From assembly GCA_903898185.1 (NCBI GenBank), contig CAIUEN010000364.1:13394-77393 (forward strand): a DNA stretch of 64,000 nucleotides, given 5' to 3'. Every line of letters starts with the position of its first letter. Position 1 is the stretch's first letter. This document shows positions 63,465-64,000 of the stretch, one piece after another. This DNA comes from an uncultured Verrucomicrobiales bacterium. Lineage in GTDB: Bacteria; Verrucomicrobiota; Verrucomicrobiia; Limisphaerales; Palsa-1400. The notes below the pieces were generated by a model. That model had not been told where the DNA came from. It did no database searches and saw nothing but the letters and a program-made list of their open reading frames with translations. The translations under genes were made by a program, and so were the position numbers.

Positions 63465-63571
63465 GGTTACGAAAAACGAGAGTGTCGATCTTTTTGATCT
63501 GAATACAGACAACGCAGATAACTTTGTGTTAGGGCATCAACCGTTGGAGAAAACTGAAACTAAACAACCGG

Positions 63572-64000
63572 TCATTCAAGTCTTGCAGCCCGATAATAGC
63601 GACGTCCAGACTTTGTTGAATTGCGGTCGATGATGAATTCCGATGACTGGTGTAAAACAATGTTTGTCAGTGTGGTCCAATTCGTGGACTGAATGTCGGA
63701 GACAAACTCGATGCGATTCGTAGTGCCGATTGGTCCGCGGACAAGGATGCCCGCATAAAAATCAATGGCCAATCTCACATTTGCGCTCTGAGTGACTGTA
63801 TATCCTGTAACATCATAATACATGTCATTTAACAGAAAATCACGCCCGGTGACGCCATTAGGATTTGCGGGAATTTGAGAAAAAGAAACAGGGGTAGAAA
63901 CTCTTGGCGAGTCTATTTCGCAATTCTGGAAATCAATATTAACTGGATTATAAGCGCCCACAATAAATGCGTAGGCGCAATTCGTGCTCAAACACTTAAT
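63572..64000 (-). CDS. C-terminal part of a hypothetical (probably secreted) protein; the ORF continues beyond the right edge
   Basis: The frame stays open to nt 64000 (...IKC-LSTNCAYAFIVGAYN...). It ends ...SGRRYYRAARLE. I recognise no domain. Confidence 0.45.
   Translation of the reverse strand: MKCLSTNCAYAFIVGAYNPVNIDFQNCEIDSPRVSTPVSFSQIPANPNGVTGRDFLLNDMYYDVTGYTVTQSANVRLAIDFYAGILVRGPIGTTNRIEFVSDIQSTNWTTLTNIVLHQSSEFIIDRNSTKSGRRYYRAARLE

Noticed and set aside
1-64000. A search for tRNA, rRNA, tmRNA, transposase, integrase, reverse transcriptase, cas or phage structural genes.
   Set aside because: I recognised none. Intergenic regions are short or filled with the repeat families described above. 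A tRNAscan or Infernal run would be needed for formal exclusion of small RNAs.

Overview
This is a gene-dense 64-kb chromosomal window. GC looks like roughly 60% by eye, with two lower-GC stretches at about 13.4-15.3 kb and 52.3-61.3 kb. Gene content suggests a PVC-type (Verrucomicrobiota-like) bacterium: archaeal-type ApgM, a futalosine-pathway radical SAM enzyme, an FGE-sulfatase domain protein and YQWFKNG-type Ig modules. That taxonomy is inference only.

I can support about 53 protein-coding genes:
- The 5' half of a dcw division/cell-wall cluster on the minus strand: mraZ-orf-rsmH-ftsL-ftsI-murF-mraY-lysM-ftsW' (1-8759).
- Housekeeping genes: glmS, nadD, rsfS, mtnA, an rlmI-like gene, crcB, an mqnC-like gene, apgM, galE, thrH, sucCD and nnr.
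- Three large sensor kinases.
- An ECF sigma factor next to a secreted nine-heme cytochrome c with Ig-like modules.
- A tightly packed operon of TonB-dependent receptor, DUF4154, kinase and hybrid kinase.
- A MacB-type ABC/HlyD exporter followed by a 5'-truncated receiver-HPt gene.
- An MsbA-like exporter, an AAA/DUF4143 ATPase and a DUF4160/DUF2442 pair.
- A lower-GC Wzx/Wzy-type polysaccharide locus (53.0-63.5 kb).

I recognised no rRNA, tRNA, CRISPR array, transposase, integrase or phage genes.

The strongest signal the genes do not explain is in the spacers. Almost every intergenic spacer longer than about 80 bp is filled with short palindromic repeats from at least seven families. Family A (about 85-100 bp, GTAAC...GTTAC termini) has at least 10 copies. 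Three copies have perfect 8-bp target-site duplications, one is nested inside another repeat, and several supply the stop codon or C-terminus of the adjacent gene. It therefore behaves like a MITE.

The best candidate systems for follow-up are the TBDR/DUF4154/kinase/hybrid-kinase module and the ECF sigma plus heme-Ig protein pair. Nothing here can be called novel without database searches that I cannot run.
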